Assembly: GCA_963701095.1 (NCBI GenBank)
Contig: OY969564.1
Location: 1,408,001 to 1,472,000, forward strand
Source: an uncultured Methanoregulaceae archaeon
GTDB lineage: Archaea > Halobacteriota > Methanomicrobia > Methanomicrobiales > Methanospirillaceae
Direction: 5' to 3'
Length of the DNA: 64,000 bases
A program made the position numbers and the translations under genes. How positions within the stretch are numbered: position 1 is the stretch's first letter; each line of letters begins with the position of its first letter. The notes beneath the pieces were generated by a model that was not told the origin of the DNA, did no database searches, and saw nothing but the letters and a program-made list of their open reading frames with translations. Shown one piece after another: positions 31,600-41,730 of this stretch.

Positions 31600-33768
31600 A
31601 TGGCCGATCTTAAAGACGGTCTTTTAGAAAAATTTCCCCATGTCCCGGAACGGTTATCCGGGCTTATCGATCTGGCGTACAATCTCTGGTGGAGCTGGCA
31701 TCCCGAAGCACGGGTCCTCTTCAAGCAGATCAACCAGCAGGCCTGGAAACAAAGTATACACAATCCGGTCAAGATGCTTCAGGAGATTCCGGCCGAGTTC
31801 CTAGAGGGTGTCCTAGAAAAACCGGAATATCTCCGCCGGTACGACATTATTATGAACCGATTTTCAAGATACATGGCAAACCACAAAGGCTGGTTTTCGT
31901 CGCAATATACCGGCCGTCCTCTGACAATTGCCTATTTCTCGGCAGAGTATGGCCTGCATCATTCACTACCTTTCTATGCAGGGGGTCTCGGATTTCTCGC
32001 CGGAGATCATTTAAAGGAATGCAGTGATCTTGGGATACCTCTTGTAGGAGTGGGATTCATGTACTCTGAGGGGTACCTCCACCAGCACATCCTACCAGAC
32101 GGATGGCAGGATAACATCACTGAAATGCTGGACCGGGATGCAACACCCATTACCCGTGTACTTGACGCATCAGGCAATCAGATGATTATACACGTGCCCT
32201 TCATTACTCCGGAGATATTCGCGGCTGTATGGAGAGTGCAGGTAGGGAAAATTCCGCTGTACCTTCTTGATACGGACATCCCCCGGAATATTCCGGAAAA
32301 CCGGACTATATCGCACCGACTGTACGCCGAACAGACCGAGCAGCGATTAAAACAAGAAATTGTCCTTGGAATTGGCGGTAGAAAAATGCTTGGCGAGCTG
32401 GGTATATCGTTTTCTGCAGTTCACCTCAACGAAGGTCACCCGGCCTTCGCCCAGCTCGAAGGGATCCGGGAACGAGTTTCATCGGGTATGAATTTTACAA
32501 CGGCCCTCGATCAAGTAAGGGGGACCGCCGTTTTTACAACCCATACACCGGTGGCTGCCGGAAATGACATCTTCCCCCGGGACCTCATAGACAAATATTT
32601 TGCCAGTTATTACCCCCAGCTGGGAATCGATAGGGACACTTTTTTCGAACTGGGTCATCATCCCTGTGATGAGGGCACCGGGTTCAACATGACTGCATTT
32701 GCTCTTAAACTCACCCAGTACCATAACGGGGTATCAAAAAAACATGGCGACATTGCCCGGGGTATGTGGCGATGCCTGTGGCCGAACCTGAAAGTGGAAG
32801 AAGTCCCGATCGACAATATCACCAACGGTGTTCATATACCGACATGGCTAAATCCCCGGATGGATACGCTTTATTCAAAATATTTCGATTGTATTGATCC
32901 CCACTGGCATATGAATCACGACAACCCGGACATCTGGCAGGTCATTGACGAAGTCCCAGACAAGGAACTCTGGACACTGCATATCTGGCTTAAACAGAAA
33001 CTCTTCAACAGGATCCGGGAAAAAAAACGTATCAAATGGGAAAAAGAGTTAAACCAACCTGCAAACCTAGTCGCAGAAGGGATGATGCTTAACCCTTCAG
33101 TTCTCACAATAGGATTTGCCCGCCGGTTTTCCTCATATAAACGGGCTGATCTTATTTTCCAGGACCAAGCCCGGCTCCGGCGGATTCTCAACGATCCCTG
33201 GAGGCCGGTTCAGATTATTTTTGCCGGAAAAGCCCACCCGGCTGATAACGAAGGAAAAATAATTTTAAAGCGGATTTACGAATTTGCCGGGAAACCAGAG
33301 TTCGGCGGCAGGATAGGGTTTGTCGAGGATTACGGAGAACAGATGGCCCAGTACCTGGTTCACGGGGTCGACGTCTGGATGAATAATCCAGTCCCCCCCA
33401 TGGAGGCCTGTGGGACAAGCGGTATGAAGGCTTCCTTAAACGGGGTATTGAACCTGAGTGTCCTTGATGGGTGGTGGATTGAAGGATACAATGGCAAAAA
33501 CGGTTGGGCTTTTGAAGGCGATCCCAATCCTGCAACCAGAGATGCATCCGATGCCGCAGCCCTTTACAATATCCTTGAAAAAGAAGTAGTACCGCTTTAC
33601 TATTCTTCATCCATCGATGGAATACCCCACGGTTGGGTAAAAATGATGAAAGAGACCGTTAAAAGTACAGCCGCCACCTTTTCCGCTCGTCGTATGGTCA
33701 AGGAGTATGTTACAAAATACTATCCGTCTCTTGTTGCATGTGCAGAGAATGAATGTAAAATTGAATAG
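31600..33768 (+). CDS. glgP: Alpha-glucan (glycogen) phosphorylase
   Basis: AYNLWWSW, YAGGLGFLAGD, HLNEGH, FARRF..YKR, EACGTSGMK. Confidence 0.95.
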   Translation: MADLKDGLLEKFPHVPERLSGLIDLAYNLWWSWHPEARVLFKQINQQAWKQSIHNPVKMLQEIPAEFLEGVLEKPEYLRRYDIIMNRFSRYMANHKGWFSSQYTGRPLTIAYFSAEYGLHHSLPFYAGGLGFLAGDHLKECSDLGIPLVGVGFMYSEGYLHQHILPDGWQDNITEMLDRDATPITRVLDASGNQMIIHVPFITPEIFAAVWRVQVGKIPLYLLDTDIPRNIPENRTISHRLYAEQTEQRLKQEIVLGIGGRKMLGELGISFSAVHLNEGHPAFAQLEGIRERVSSGMNFTTALDQVRGTAVFTTHTPVAAGNDIFPRDLIDKYFASYYPQLGIDRDTFFELGHHPCDEGTGFNMTAFALKLTQYHNGVSKKHGDIARGMWRCLWPNLKVEEVPIDNITNGVHIPTWLNPRMDTLYSKYFDCIDPHWHMNHDNPDIWQVIDEVPDKELWTLHIWLKQKLFNRIREKKRIKWEKELNQPANLVAEGMMLNPSVLTIGFARRFSSYKRADLIFQDQARLRRILNDPWRPVQIIFAGKAHPADNEGKIILKRIYEFAGKPEFGGRIGFVEDYGEQMAQYLVHGVDVWMNNPVPPMEACGTSGMKASLNGVLNLSVLDGWWIEGYNGKNGWAFEGDPNPATRDASDAAALYNILEKEVVPLYYSSSIDGIPHGWVKMMKETVKSTAATFSARRMVKEYVTKYYPSLVACAENECKIE

Positions 33769-33852
33769 AGTTCACAGCGTGAATGCAGGATAAAAGTATA
33801 TTTTCTCTGAGGAAAAACGGAATAAACTGCAAAAAAAAGGAAATATTCCTTT

Positions 33853-34059
33853 TTAGCATTCATCAAGCATCTTCTTGATCATTCGCATAGTTTCGATCTT
33901 GAACTGGAAATGCTTGATCATCTCTTCTTTCATCATTATCTTCCCGTCAAGCATACGTTTTGCGAGCGTCTTTTTTTGGTCATCAGTTAACGAGTCCCAC
34001 ATCTCCTGCATCATCATTTCATGCTGCTGCATCATTCCGGGGTTCATTCCTTCGTGCAT
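33853..34059 (-). CDS. Small Met-rich hypothetical protein (68 aa)
   Basis: GGAGGT SD; 15 of 68 residues are Met. Confidence 0.65.
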   Translation of the reverse strand: MHEGMNPGMMQQHEMMMQEMWDSLTDDQKKTLAKRMLDGKIMMKEEMIKHFQFKIETMRMIKKMLDEC

Positions 34060-34310
34060 AAAACATCTACCTCCTCTTCTTTTTCCGGAAAACCGGACAC
34101 ACTCGAGCTTCTCGGAAATAAAGATATAATTTTGTCCAGATTTCATCGGATGTCACATGTATCATAGGTATAGAAAAGAGGGAATCAGCATGTCCTGGAC
34201 CCTGTCATTTTTTTCTTATTTCACGCCGTTTCCTTTTATCTCATTTTTTGAAACACATAAGAACGTTTAAATAATGTCACTTGATTTTTATCTATACGGA
34301 ATTCTAAAAA

Positions 34311-36737
34311 ATGATTCGTGGAAAGGCGGGAGTGAATCCTGAAGCTGACTCCAATGATGACCATGAACCTGATAGGTTTGTAAATATCGTTAAGATAAAA
34401 AAAGCGGGGGGTACATTCAGCTTTCCTTATATCCAGGAAATTCCCCACTACCGCCAAACAGAAGAGCGACTCAAAATTGAAACCGAAAAACTCAATATCC
34501 TTGCAGAGACTGCCCGGTTGCTGATGAGTTCGGAAAAGCCTGAACGCGTGGTACAGATAATTGGGGAACGGGTTATGCAGTTCCTCCATTGTCATTTCTT
34601 TTTTAATTATTTTATCGATGAAAGCGGACAGTATATGCACCTGAATGCTTACGCCGGGATCTCGGCGCATGAAGCAGAAAAAATTTCACCGATGAAGGTT
34701 GGCGACTCAGTCTGCGGCAAAGTTGCCTTGGAGGGAAAGCGGATAATAGAAACCAATATTTCCCAGACTAACAAGGAAATAACCCGCATAATTCGTTCAT
34801 TTGGCGCTTCTGCGTATGTGTGCCATCCGTTGCTCTCCCAGGGTTGTATTCTTGGGACTTTTTCTTTTGGCACTAGGGACAAGACCTCATTTACGAATGA
34901 GGAACTGGACCTGATGCAGGCAGTAACAGATCTTGTTGCCATGGCAATGGCACGGAAAAAAACCGAGGATTCCTTACGCGGGACAAGTCAGTACCTGGAA
35001 AACCTCACACGGTATGCAAATGCCCCTATCATCGTCTGGGACAACCAGTACAGGATTCTGCGGTTCAATAAAGCCTTCGAGTTCCTGACCGGGTTGGCCG
35101 CTGATGATGTTATTGGAAAACCTCTTGGTACCCTCTTTCCGGAAAAATCCAAGGAAAGTTCTATGGAACTTATCCGGAAAACGAGTTATGGGGAACGCTG
35201 GGAGTCGGTTGAGATGCCGGTCAAGCACATTTCCGGCACTACAAAAGTTGTCCTCTGGAATTCGGCAAATGTGTATGATGTAGACGGGGAGACAATAATA
35301 TCCACACTAGCACAGGGACAGGATATAACAGCACGTAAATACGCAGAAGAAACTGCAGAAAAAAACGCTTCTCTGTTGCAGGCGGCTCTTGATTCTACTG
35401 CTGACGGAATTCTTGTAGTTGATAACGAACGGAAAATAACTAGTTACAATAAAAAATTTTGCACGATATGGGGGATCCCCGAAAATAAACTCAATGAAGC
35501 TCAAGAGGCTACAGCACTTTTGTATATTTCGCCGCTTGTGGCTGATATTCAGGAGTTTTCCGTCCGTATGAATGAGCTGTACAACCATCGCGGACGGGAG
35601 AGCTACGATATGGTCAGGCTCATCGATGGCCGGGTTTTCGAGCGATATTCCAAGCCCCAGAAGATCGGCGAAACCATCGTCGGCCGGGTCTGGAGTTACC
35701 GGGATATTACCGAAAGAAGGCACGCCGAGGAGTCCTTGCAGGAAAGTCTTGAAAAATTCCGGATAATTGCTACCAGTACACCCGACCACATTGTAGTCCA
35801 GGATAAAGATCTACGATATACCCTTGTTATAAATCCTCAGCTGGATACGACAGAGAAAGATATGATCGGGAAAACCGATTATGATCTGATATCAAAAGAA
35901 GAGGCTGATACTGTAACTGCCATTAAGAAACGTGTACTGGAAAACGGGACAACGGCTACAAGTGAATTCGCTATTACCGGAGTCAAAGGAGAGAAAAACT
36001 ATTTTATTGGGTCATATGTGCCAAAAAAGAATGCCTCAGGAGAAATCGATGGTATAATCGGATATTTCCGTGATGTTACTGAGACAAAACTTGCCAATGA
36101 AAAGATCCTCGCCGCACTCGGCGAAAAGGAGATTCTTATCCGCGAGATTCACCACCGGGTCAAGAACAACCTCCAGATCATCACCGGCCTTCTTGAAATG
36201 ACAAGATCGAGGACAAATGATCCCATAACTACCGGCATCCTGACCGACATGATGCTAAAAATCAAGACTATGGCCCAGATCCATACTAGGTTGTACCAAA
36301 GTAATCAATCCGGCCAAATCAATATGGGGGCCCAGATCCAGGATATGATGATCGATCTTGCCGGAATCTATGGTAAATCCGGACCTGTGATCAACTCTGA
36401 CGTGGATACGGAAGGGTTTACACTTCCGGTCGATCTTGCAATTCCCTGTGCACTGGCAATTAATGAGATTCTGTCTAATGCATTCATCTATGCCTTCAAA
36501 GGGCGTAAAGAGGGTACGGTCCATGTATCAGCATGGCGGGAAGAAGACCTTATCCATATAATTATCAAGGACGATGGAATCGGTATCCCCCCCGAAGTTG
36601 ATCCTAACACAACTTCCAGTCTGGGATTAAAATTGATCCGCAACCTTGTCCGGCAGCTGCGGGGGACATTATCCATCGAAAGTAACGATAAAGGAACGCT
36701 TATACGCATCGATTTCCCCATAGAAACTAGCGGATGA
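34311..36737 (+). CDS. Cytoplasmic GAF-PAS-PAS-PAS histidine kinase (HisKA_2 type)
   Basis: GAF (SVCGKVA..AYVCHPL), three PAS repeats, EIHHRVKNNLQII, NEILSNA, DDGIGI, SLGLKLI. Confidence 0.92.
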   Translation: MIRGKAGVNPEADSNDDHEPDRFVNIVKIKKAGGTFSFPYIQEIPHYRQTEERLKIETEKLNILAETARLLMSSEKPERVVQIIGERVMQFLHCHFFFNYFIDESGQYMHLNAYAGISAHEAEKISPMKVGDSVCGKVALEGKRIIETNISQTNKEITRIIRSFGASAYVCHPLLSQGCILGTFSFGTRDKTSFTNEELDLMQAVTDLVAMAMARKKTEDSLRGTSQYLENLTRYANAPIIVWDNQYRILRFNKAFEFLTGLAADDVIGKPLGTLFPEKSKESSMELIRKTSYGERWESVEMPVKHISGTTKVVLWNSANVYDVDGETIISTLAQGQDITARKYAEETAEKNASLLQAALDSTADGILVVDNERKITSYNKKFCTIWGIPENKLNEAQEATALLYISPLVADIQEFSVRMNELYNHRGRESYDMVRLIDGRVFERYSKPQKIGETIVGRVWSYRDITERRHAEESLQESLEKFRIIATSTPDHIVVQDKDLRYTLVINPQLDTTEKDMIGKTDYDLISKEEADTVTAIKKRVLENGTTATSEFAITGVKGEKNYFIGSYVPKKNASGEIDGIIGYFRDVTETKLANEKILAALGEKEILIREIHHRVKNNLQIITGLLEMTRSRTNDPITTGILTDMMLKIKTMAQIHTRLYQSNQSGQINMGAQIQDMMIDLAGIYGKSGPVINSDVDTEGFTLPVDLAIPCALAINEILSNAFIYAFKGRKEGTVHVSAWREEDLIHIIIKDDGIGIPPEVDPNTTSSLGLKLIRNLVRQLRGTLSIESNDKGTLIRIDFPIETSG

Positions 36738-36741
36738 TACT

Positions 36742-38102
36742 GTGTCAAAGGTCCTTGTTGTAGATGATGAAGCAATTATCACAATGCAGCTCGAAGAGCG
36801 ACTGCATGCCATGGGATATACTGTTGTAGGTATGGCAGCATCAGGAGAGGATGCGATTGAAAAAGCCCGGCGCCTTTCCCCGGACCTTGTCCTTATGGAT
36901 ATTGTTATGCCAGGTAAGCTCAACGGTGTCGAAGCAGCACAAGTGATTGTCGGCGAATTGGATATACCGGTAATTTTTATTACTTCATACGCCGACGACA
37001 CAATTATCGAGAAGGCTAAACAGGTCCGGCCGTATGGTTATATTCTAAAACCCTTTAACGAATTGGAATTGAAAGCGGCAGTTGAAATAGCGCTTTTCAG
37101 GAAAGCTTCAGAAGAGGAAATAAAAAAGAAAGCGGCTGCTTTGCAGAGCACACTTCCTGCCGGGTACCTCCGGAAACAACCGGTATTGCGGATGCAGAAT
37201 ATCTGGCACTCCCTGAGATCAAAACGGTTCTCCTCAAAGACATCTTTTCCGGAATTATCCTCTTTTTATATGTGGATCCATCGGTAAAAGAGCCGATATT
37301 CAAATTCGCCATAGAAGCCGGCATCCAGAAGGGAGGCCGGTTTTTCTTTGCCTACCACCAGTCGGTGCTGCAAAAATATTTTATTGAAGAAATCTCAAAA
37401 GGCCTTCTTTATACGCGACGCATAAAAAAAGGCGAACTTTTTTTCATTCCCCGTATCATTGAAAAATGCACCTCAACCCTTCCACCAGCCGAATCACAAG
37501 GGGGTCTCCAAGTCGTTTTTGATTTTTCCGATACTGAAGAATTTGAGGATATTGTTACTGTGAAAGATATGATCCTCGAAAAAAAGGCATCCGGGGTTCC
37601 TATCACAGGTATTATTGCAGTTAATATGGGAAATCTCGATCATGACCGGATCCGGCTCCTTTCGGAAGGGATCGCCAAAATTATAATTTCCACGGGCAGG
37701 GACACAACCATTTCCTTTACCCACAACTCATTTCCTGCTGAAGCAATCACGGTCGTTCCCCAGTCTACTATAGAAGACGTAGTAAAGAAACTGCTTGAAC
37801 CGGTTATCTTATCGACATTGGAAAAACCGATTTCCGGATTCGATATTGTGCACGAAATCCATAACCGGTATAAGGTCCTTATTCCCCAAGCGCGGATTTA
37901 TTCATTCCTTTATGAGCTCCAGAAAAGAGGATATCTTGAGATGAAAGTTTCCGGCAAATCCAAACTCTACTACCCAACTGTTGCCGGCAAAAAATTCATA
38001 CGGCAGCGGCTAAACGAATTCAAGTTCGTTTTCCAACACATTATCGGAGCCGAAACGGAGGCAGAACAAAGGAATGATTTAAATTCTCCACAAACGAAAT
38101 GA
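36742..38102 (+). CDS. Response regulator: REC + central domain + PadR-type wHTH; 1-nt deletion at ~37162 splits it
   Basis: VVDDE..LMDIVMPG..ITS..KPF; adding one G at GCCGGG(G)TA joins it to the frame ending in LEPVIL..SGFDIV.EI..IYSFLYELQKRGYL..KLYYPT.AG. Confidence 0.8.
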
Positions 38103-38273
38103 CGGATTTATTATTCCAAATCTTGAAACAATATCTATAATCTCTGCATAACTATTTCACCTAGCATAGATGATTGAGGTTGCATGCGAACCCTTTTTAG
38201 TCCTGCCCGACAGGGTTCCGGGCGCCCGGTAGATCTTCTTACATTTTTTCACGATACTATAAGCGGGAATGAT

Positions 38274-38546
38274 ATGATCAAACCAAAGAAACAAAAAAAG
38301 ATAAAACAAACTGCTAAAACTCCCCCTACAGAGATTTCCAGAACTCCTAAATCAATCTATGTCAGGTGTCTGTTAAACGGAATTTCCGAGGAAAAGATTA
38401 GAATAGATCTGGAGCATAACAGGCTGACCATATCTGCTGCAAACGATGACGAAATTATTCTGAAAAAAATTAAAGTTCCTTCAGGATCGTATATCAGCAG
38501 CAAAAAATTTCACGAAGGCGTATTGGAAATTCTTCTCGAACGATAA
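38274..38546 (+). CDS. Minimal Hsp20/alpha-crystallin-like protein
   Basis: L.GISEEKIRIDL..LTISA..KKIKVP..FHEGVLEILL. Confidence 0.65.
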   Translation: MIKPKKQKKIKQTAKTPPTEISRTPKSIYVRCLLNGISEEKIRIDLEHNRLTISAANDDEIILKKIKVPSGSYISSKKFHEGVLEILLER

Positions 38547-38603
38547 TTGTAAAAACATCTTATAATTTTTCTGTATTGTCAGGTGTTCTTCTTCTATCAT
38601 AAA

Positions 38604-38654
38604 TGTTTCAAAATATGTTTCAAATTTTGATGTTCAGCAAAGAACCTATACCTT
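38604..38654 (+). promoter_or_regulatory. Conserved stress-promoter element, copy 1
   Basis: TGTTTCAAAATA TGTTTCAAATTT TGATGTTCAG CAAAGAACC TATACCTT. Confidence 0.75.
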
Positions 38655-38702
38655 TTGTTGTGTAGCCCTTACCTGCGGTACACACCAGCACAAGGTGAAA
38701 TT

Positions 38703-39053
38703 ATGGAGGAAAAAACAGAGAAGCTCCTGAAAAAATTCGAGCAGGAGAACGAAACCTACGTGAGTGCAACAGATAAACTGACGTACTGGATCATTTATGC
38801 GAGGATCCCGAAAGGAATGGAAAAAGGAGTCCATAACCTCCACCGCGGAAAAAAATATGTTTCCGGACCAAATGAGGAGGGAAATGTGCTGATTCTTCCA
38901 GATCCGGATAATTCTGAAAATTATGAGGTGGAATCCTGGGGAGAGATGGGAACGATCGATGATTTTGTCCAAAAAGCACTCCCTCGTATCCTGACGGATA
39001 AAAATGAGGCGGATAGCGGGCTGAACGAACGTTGTGGGGCCAGCTGCGGCTGA
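38703..39053 (+). CDS. Hypothetical protein with C-terminal CxxxC
   Basis: AGGTGA SD; 116 aa ending RCGASCG. Confidence 0.7.
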   Translation: MEEKTEKLLKKFEQENETYVSATDKLTYWIIYARIPKGMEKGVHNLHRGKKYVSGPNEEGNVLILPDPDNSENYEVESWGEMGTIDDFVQKALPRILTDKNEADSGLNERCGASCG

Positions 39054-39081
39054 TCCTTTAAAGAGTCATAGGATGTGAAAA

Positions 39082-39318
39082 ATGAAGACATTACCTCAAT
39101 CACAAAAAATGGTACTTGAGATTCTTGGCACGGGTCGAGCTATGACCCACAAGGAAATTGCAGGAAAAGTGAGTTACTCGCCAAGAACAGTAAGGTATGC
39201 ATTAAAAAAACTCAAAGAAAAGAAACTCCTCATCGAGAAAATGAATCTGCAGGATATGCGCCAGATAATTTACCAGTACCGATTTCAGGAGGCTGCAGCG
39301 GAAAGCTCATCCGGTTAA
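39082..39318 (+). CDS. Small winged-HTH transcription regulator
   Basis: LPQSQKMVLEIL..MTHKEIA..YSPRTVRYALKKLKEKKLL..NLQDMRQIIY. Confidence 0.85.
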   Translation: MKTLPQSQKMVLEILGTGRAMTHKEIAGKVSYSPRTVRYALKKLKEKKLLIEKMNLQDMRQIIYQYRFQEAAAESSSG

Positions 39319-39351
39319 CTATACACCATCTCTGGAAAGACAAAGAGGCTT

Positions 39352-40023
39352 ATGAGCAGGACTACACCATTCAGCGCGGTCAACCTTTATCAGGACGTGG
39401 CGGTGGATGCTGAAACCTGGAACCATTTTCCTGACACGGATGTTGTTGATATAACCGTACAAGCCATTAAAAAACGCGGAATAAAAGTTATTCTGGCAGC
39501 GGATGGTGATGAAGCACTTGCTGTAATCAGGAAACTTATTCCTTCCGGTTCGGAAGTCATGTCAGGGTCCTCGACTACTCTTATTGAGATAGGGTTTGAG
39601 GATTATGTTGCCAGGGGAACCAGCGGCTGGATCCTTTTGCATACCAAAATTAATGCCGAAGATGACCCGGTAAAAAGGGCAGAGATTCGAAGAAAATCGG
39701 TTACGGCTGATTATTTTATCTCATCTGCAAACGCGATTGCCCAGACCGGAGAGATCGTTTCTTGCGACGCCACTGGAAGCCGGGTTGGTGCATGGCCTTA
39801 TGCAGCCGGGCACCTTATCCTTGTCGCCGGAATCAATAAAATCGTGCCCACAGTCGAGGATGCTTTGCAACGCATCAGGACGTACGTTTTTCCGCTTGAA
39901 AATGTCCGGGCAATGAAAGCATATGGCACACAGAGCATGATCGGAAAATGTGTGATTCTTGCAAATGAGAAACAGGAAGGACGTATTACTTTGATCCTTG
40001 TCAGCGAATCTCTTGGATATTAG
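39352..40023 (+). CDS. LUD-domain (lactate-utilisation LutC/YkgG-like) protein
   Basis: GSSTTL.EIG, ADYFISSANAI..GEIV..DATGSRV, GINKIVP. Confidence 0.8.
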   Translation: MSRTTPFSAVNLYQDVAVDAETWNHFPDTDVVDITVQAIKKRGIKVILAADGDEALAVIRKLIPSGSEVMSGSSTTLIEIGFEDYVARGTSGWILLHTKINAEDDPVKRAEIRRKSVTADYFISSANAIAQTGEIVSCDATGSRVGAWPYAAGHLILVAGINKIVPTVEDALQRIRTYVFPLENVRAMKAYGTQSMIGKCVILANEKQEGRITLILVSESLGY

Positions 40024-40059
40024 ATGCTGGATTGCCTCTTTTCCAATGGTTAAAGATAC

Positions 40060-40110
40060 TGTTTCAAAAAGTGTTTCAAAATCTGATACTCAGGAAAGAG
40101 TCTATTATCG
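40060..40110 (+). promoter_or_regulatory. Conserved stress-promoter element, copy 2
   Basis: TGTTTCAAAAAG TGTTTCAAAATC TGATACTCAG GAAAGAGTC TATTATCG. Confidence 0.75.
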
Positions 40111-40275
40111 TTCCTGAGGAAAAGTCAGGCAGACAGAAGAGTTCACGCTACTGCGATAACGATACCGAAGTATCCGTGAGGTCCATTATCCAAAATCCAA
40201 CAACCCCTCCGGAACGCGGAAGATCAAAATTCAGGTACAGTTTGAGTAAGGACAGGATTGGAGAACGATAAAAAA

Positions 40276-41730
40276 ATGCCAGACATCTGTATCGGGTTCG
40301 AAGTGCACCAGCCTTTCAGGCTTAATCGTTATTTTTCCCCGGATCCAAAAAAAAAGGAAAAGGATCTTGATTCACTCTATTTTGATGCCATTAACCGGGA
40401 AGTGCTGGAACGGGTAGCAGAGAAATGCTACGTGCCGGCCACCAACATCATCCTGGAAAAACTTGATGAGGGGTTCCATTGTACGTTCTCTTTTTCCGGG
40501 ACATTTATCGAGCAGCTGGAGAAATGGAGGCCGGATGTCCTTTCCCTTTTTGACCAAGTAGCAAGGCATAAAAATTCCGAACTGCTCGGCCAGACCTATT
40601 ACCATAGTATCGCCGGCTGTTTTGGAGATAAAACGGAATTTATGGAGCAGGCCGGTATGCATACCGAACTTATGTACGACCTGTTCAGGATCCGGCCGAC
40701 TGTATTTGAAAACACTGAATTCACGTTCAACAACCACATCGCATCCTGCGTAAAAAAAATGGGCTATGCCGGAGTGTTTACTGAAGGAGTTAACCGGATT
40801 CTCGATTGGCGTAGCGCACATCATATCTATACCTGTGATGACGTGCCCGTTCTTCTCCGTGATATACAGCTTTCTGATGATATAGCGTTCCGGTTTGGTA
40901 ACCGGGGCTGGGACAAGTTCCCACTAACTGCAGACACATATGCTGACTGGATTCGCGGTGCGAATGGCGACCTCGTAAATGTCTTTATCGATTACGAGAC
41001 CTTCGGGGAGCATTTCTGGAAAGAGACCGGGATCCTTAATTTCCTTTCCTATCTTCCTGAAGAGCTGGAAAAACGGGGAGTCCGGACGATCCTTCCGTCA
41101 GATGCACTTGAGAGTTACATGCCGGTGGGTACTGTCGACGTGAAGGAAACCATTTCGTGGGCAGATATAGAAAAGGACGCGTCCGCATGGATGGGAAATG
41201 AGCGTCAGCACACAGCATACTCGGCGATACAGAAAGCTGCTGCATTTGCCAAGGATAAGGCCATCTGGCGGTACCTCCAGACAAGCGATCATTTCTATTA
41301 CATGGCGTCGAAGTTCGGAACCTGTGGCGAGGTACATAATTATTTCAGTCACCATGAGGCCAGAGACGCGTTCAAGATCTACATGGCAATCCTTGCCGAT
41401 TTTGAAAACAGGAATATCCGTTTTATGAAAAACAAGCGATCTGCAAAGACCCTGCGCACCCTCCCCCCGGAAGAGGCATTTCATTTTACTTCTCCCACGG
41501 GCTACGTCGGATATGCTGCATATAGTCTCGATCAGTTCTGCGACCTTCTCCGGGTAGTTCCGTCGGATTCGATTGCCTATCACCAGGAACGAGGGGATAT
41601 CGCGCAGTGGATAGAACACACACTCAAAGACCAGAAACTTGCAGAAGATATCATCGGCCGCAGGGACAGACAGGACCTGATTACTACCATCAACCAGAGG
41701 AGAGAGGAGTTATGGAGTCGCTTAGCGTAG
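40276..41730 (+). CDS. GH57 alpha-amylase with DUF5752-like C-terminal domain
   Basis: FEVHQP, QTYYHS, ENTE, LSDDIAFRF, DYETFGEH, LQTSDHFYYM. Confidence 0.9.
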   Translation: MPDICIGFEVHQPFRLNRYFSPDPKKKEKDLDSLYFDAINREVLERVAEKCYVPATNIILEKLDEGFHCTFSFSGTFIEQLEKWRPDVLSLFDQVARHKNSELLGQTYYHSIAGCFGDKTEFMEQAGMHTELMYDLFRIRPTVFENTEFTFNNHIASCVKKMGYAGVFTEGVNRILDWRSAHHIYTCDDVPVLLRDIQLSDDIAFRFGNRGWDKFPLTADTYADWIRGANGDLVNVFIDYETFGEHFWKETGILNFLSYLPEELEKRGVRTILPSDALESYMPVGTVDVKETISWADIEKDASAWMGNERQHTAYSAIQKAAAFAKDKAIWRYLQTSDHFYYMASKFGTCGEVHNYFSHHEARDAFKIYMAILADFENRNIRFMKNKRSAKTLRTLPPEEAFHFTSPTGYVGYAAYSLDQFCDLLRVVPSDSIAYHQERGDIAQWIEHTLKDQKLAEDIIGRRDRQDLITTINQRREELWSRLA

